DNA from: the human T2T-CHM13v2.0 reference genome, Homo sapiens
Direction: 5' to 3' (one strand)
Assembly: GCF_009914755.1 (NCBI RefSeq)
Contig: NC_060934.1
DNA length: 64,000 bases
Shown piece by piece: positions 62,263-64,000 of the stretch. Below the pieces are notes generated by a model, which was not told the DNA's origin, ran no database searches, and was given only the letters and a program-made list of their open reading frames with translations. The stretch's first letter is position 1. Each line of letters starts with the position of its first letter. The position numbers and the translations under genes are program-made.

Positions 62263-63068
62263 CTAGTCCCCTGGGGGATTGGTTATGGCTGTGGGGGAAG
62301 TCGGAGGGAGGCTCTGGGGATGTGTAGGGTTTGGGCTCGGCCTTAAGGGATGGGTGGAATTTGGCCAGGCACAGATGGGGGAGGGGTGGTGCTTTGGGCA
62401 TCACCAGCCCTAGGCTCATGGTTGCCACCCTCCCTTCCGGTACCGCCTTCCCTTTTCTGCATTTCCACCCAGAGATGGACTCTCAGCTTTGAATTCTTTT
62501 TAGGAAGTGACTTTATTGTTTTTATTTTTTTTCTCTATCTAAGGTAGTCAGAATATTATTTTTGTGATAATGCTAGATGCTTAGTATGTAAAATTCAAGT
62601 ACAATGGGTAAATACAGAGAAGAATGCAGCAAATCACCACCACTCCCACCACCCAGATGGAACTGTTTAGTTATTTGGTCCGTATGCGTATAGACACCTC
62701 AGTAGGCCTACCCGGTGGGTGGGAGTGGGAGCATGGGGGCTGGAGGGCCAGAAAGTTTTATAAGCACAGGGAAAATGCACAGTTTAAATTTACCTTCAGG
62801 CCAGAGTTGGAAAGATTGTCTCACCTGAAACAGTCCTTCCCTTCTGTCCGCTGCCTACATGACTGTATCGGATGGGGAAAGAGGGAATGGGGAACTTTCA
62901 GGCCATGGCCTTCAAAACCTCCCCATTCAGACAAATTACAGAAAAGGAGCCAGTCTCAGTGAGCATATTCCAGCTCTAGAACAGTGGCTTTCCAACTTTT
63001 AGACTAAAACCTCAGACACAGACACCCACACATAACTGAAACAAAAGCCTTATGAAACCCATATTTTA

Positions 63069-63205
63069 GCTGGGCACAGTGGCTCATGTCTGTAATTCCA
63101 AACACTTTGGGAGGCCGAGGTAGGAAGATCACTTGAGCCCAGGGGATCAAGGCTGCAGTGTTTGCAGCGTTGTACTCCAACCCGGGCAACAAAGTGAAAA
63201 AAGAA
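63069..63205 (+). mobile_element. Internally deleted Alu or monomer inside an old DNA-transposon-like remnant
   Basis: Alu 5' end joined to Alu 3' end. Confidence 0.75.
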
Positions 63206-63362
63206 ACTCATGCTTATCAACTCATGCTTATCATTATGATACAGAGGCATTCTGATATTTTCTAATCTACACAATGCTGTTGTGTTTAAAAAAGAAAAAA
63301 AAAGCTTATCTTAACCTACCAAATTGTTGGCACAGCCTGCAGTTTGAGAAATGTCACTGTTG

Positions 63363-63545
63363 ACCAGCGATTTTCAAACGTTCGTGTGCATCAGACTCAA
63401 CTGCAGAGTGTGCTAAAACAATCTGCTCCCCTCTCCTGAGGTTCTGAGTCATTAGTTCTGGAGTGGGACCTGAGGATTCGCATTTCCACCAAGTTCCCAG
63501 GAGGGGCTGATACTGCCAGTCTGGGGACCCCACTTTGAGACCCAC
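63363..63545. mobile_element. MER5A-like hAT MITE
   Basis: cagcgattttcaaac...gcatcaga...tgggacctgaggattcgcatttcc...ggaccccactttgaga. Confidence 0.7.
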
Positions 63546-64000
63546 CCTCCTGGGGTGTTTTTAAGGCAACATGCTCCCTTGGCAAAGACCATCAGGGGAT
63601 TTGCTTTATTGAATGGATGAGAATTGCTGATTGCTAACATCCGAACGGTGGATCTCTGAGATACTTGAGGATGCTGGTCAGGCATTGTCGTTGGGATCTT
63701 TAACACCACCCTCCTAAAATCCAGCTCACACTATTAATATAAAGTGTTGCATGTAGAAAAGGCCTGCTAAGCAAAGGGACATTTATGCCTAGCCCTAGTT
63801 GAATTCCCTGCCTCTCAAATCCCAGACCTGCAGAACATAAAACCCTCCCAGCCTTTCTGAAAACACTGTTCTTCTAAAGGCAATGAAAGGCGCTATTTAG
63901 CATGTGGGTTTCAACTTTCTGTTTTTTCAAAGGGAAGAAGGTAGGTCAAGCGTGACTGCCCCATGGGGAAGGCTGTCCCCGCTGGCTCTGGTAGGGGTCT

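Overview
Primate (probably human/great-ape) genomic DNA; no complete host coding exon, rRNA/tRNA or CRISPR is visible. Bases 1-46 kb are an intergenic retroelement graveyard: a MER4-group ERV1 remnant, solo LTRs (LTR8, MER65), about 35 Alus, a Tigger1 fossil, nested MaLR/L1PB1, a two-LTR Harlequin/HERV-E (LTR2, PBS-Glu) provirus at 22203-29333, and a 14-kb minus-strand HERV-F-type provirus (PBS-Phe, 31883-46024). The HERV-F element carries a nested opposite-strand HML/HERV-K provirus, whose gag holds an Alu, whose tail holds an LTR13. About 0.4 kb beyond the HERV-F 5' LTR lies a CpG-island promoter with a first exon (donor GGG|GTAAGT at 47519/47520) followed by more than 16 kb of intron; from memory it resembles CHST3 exon 1 (unverified). 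Most notable: the four-layer nesting, a templated-insertion scar at the deletion that removed the HML 3' half, and a head-to-head promoter/provirus layout in which the 5' LTR has lost its AATAAA and TATA while the 3' LTR keeps both, with a 347-codon env ORF still open. Family names are recalled from consensus sequences, and divergence figures are hand counts.
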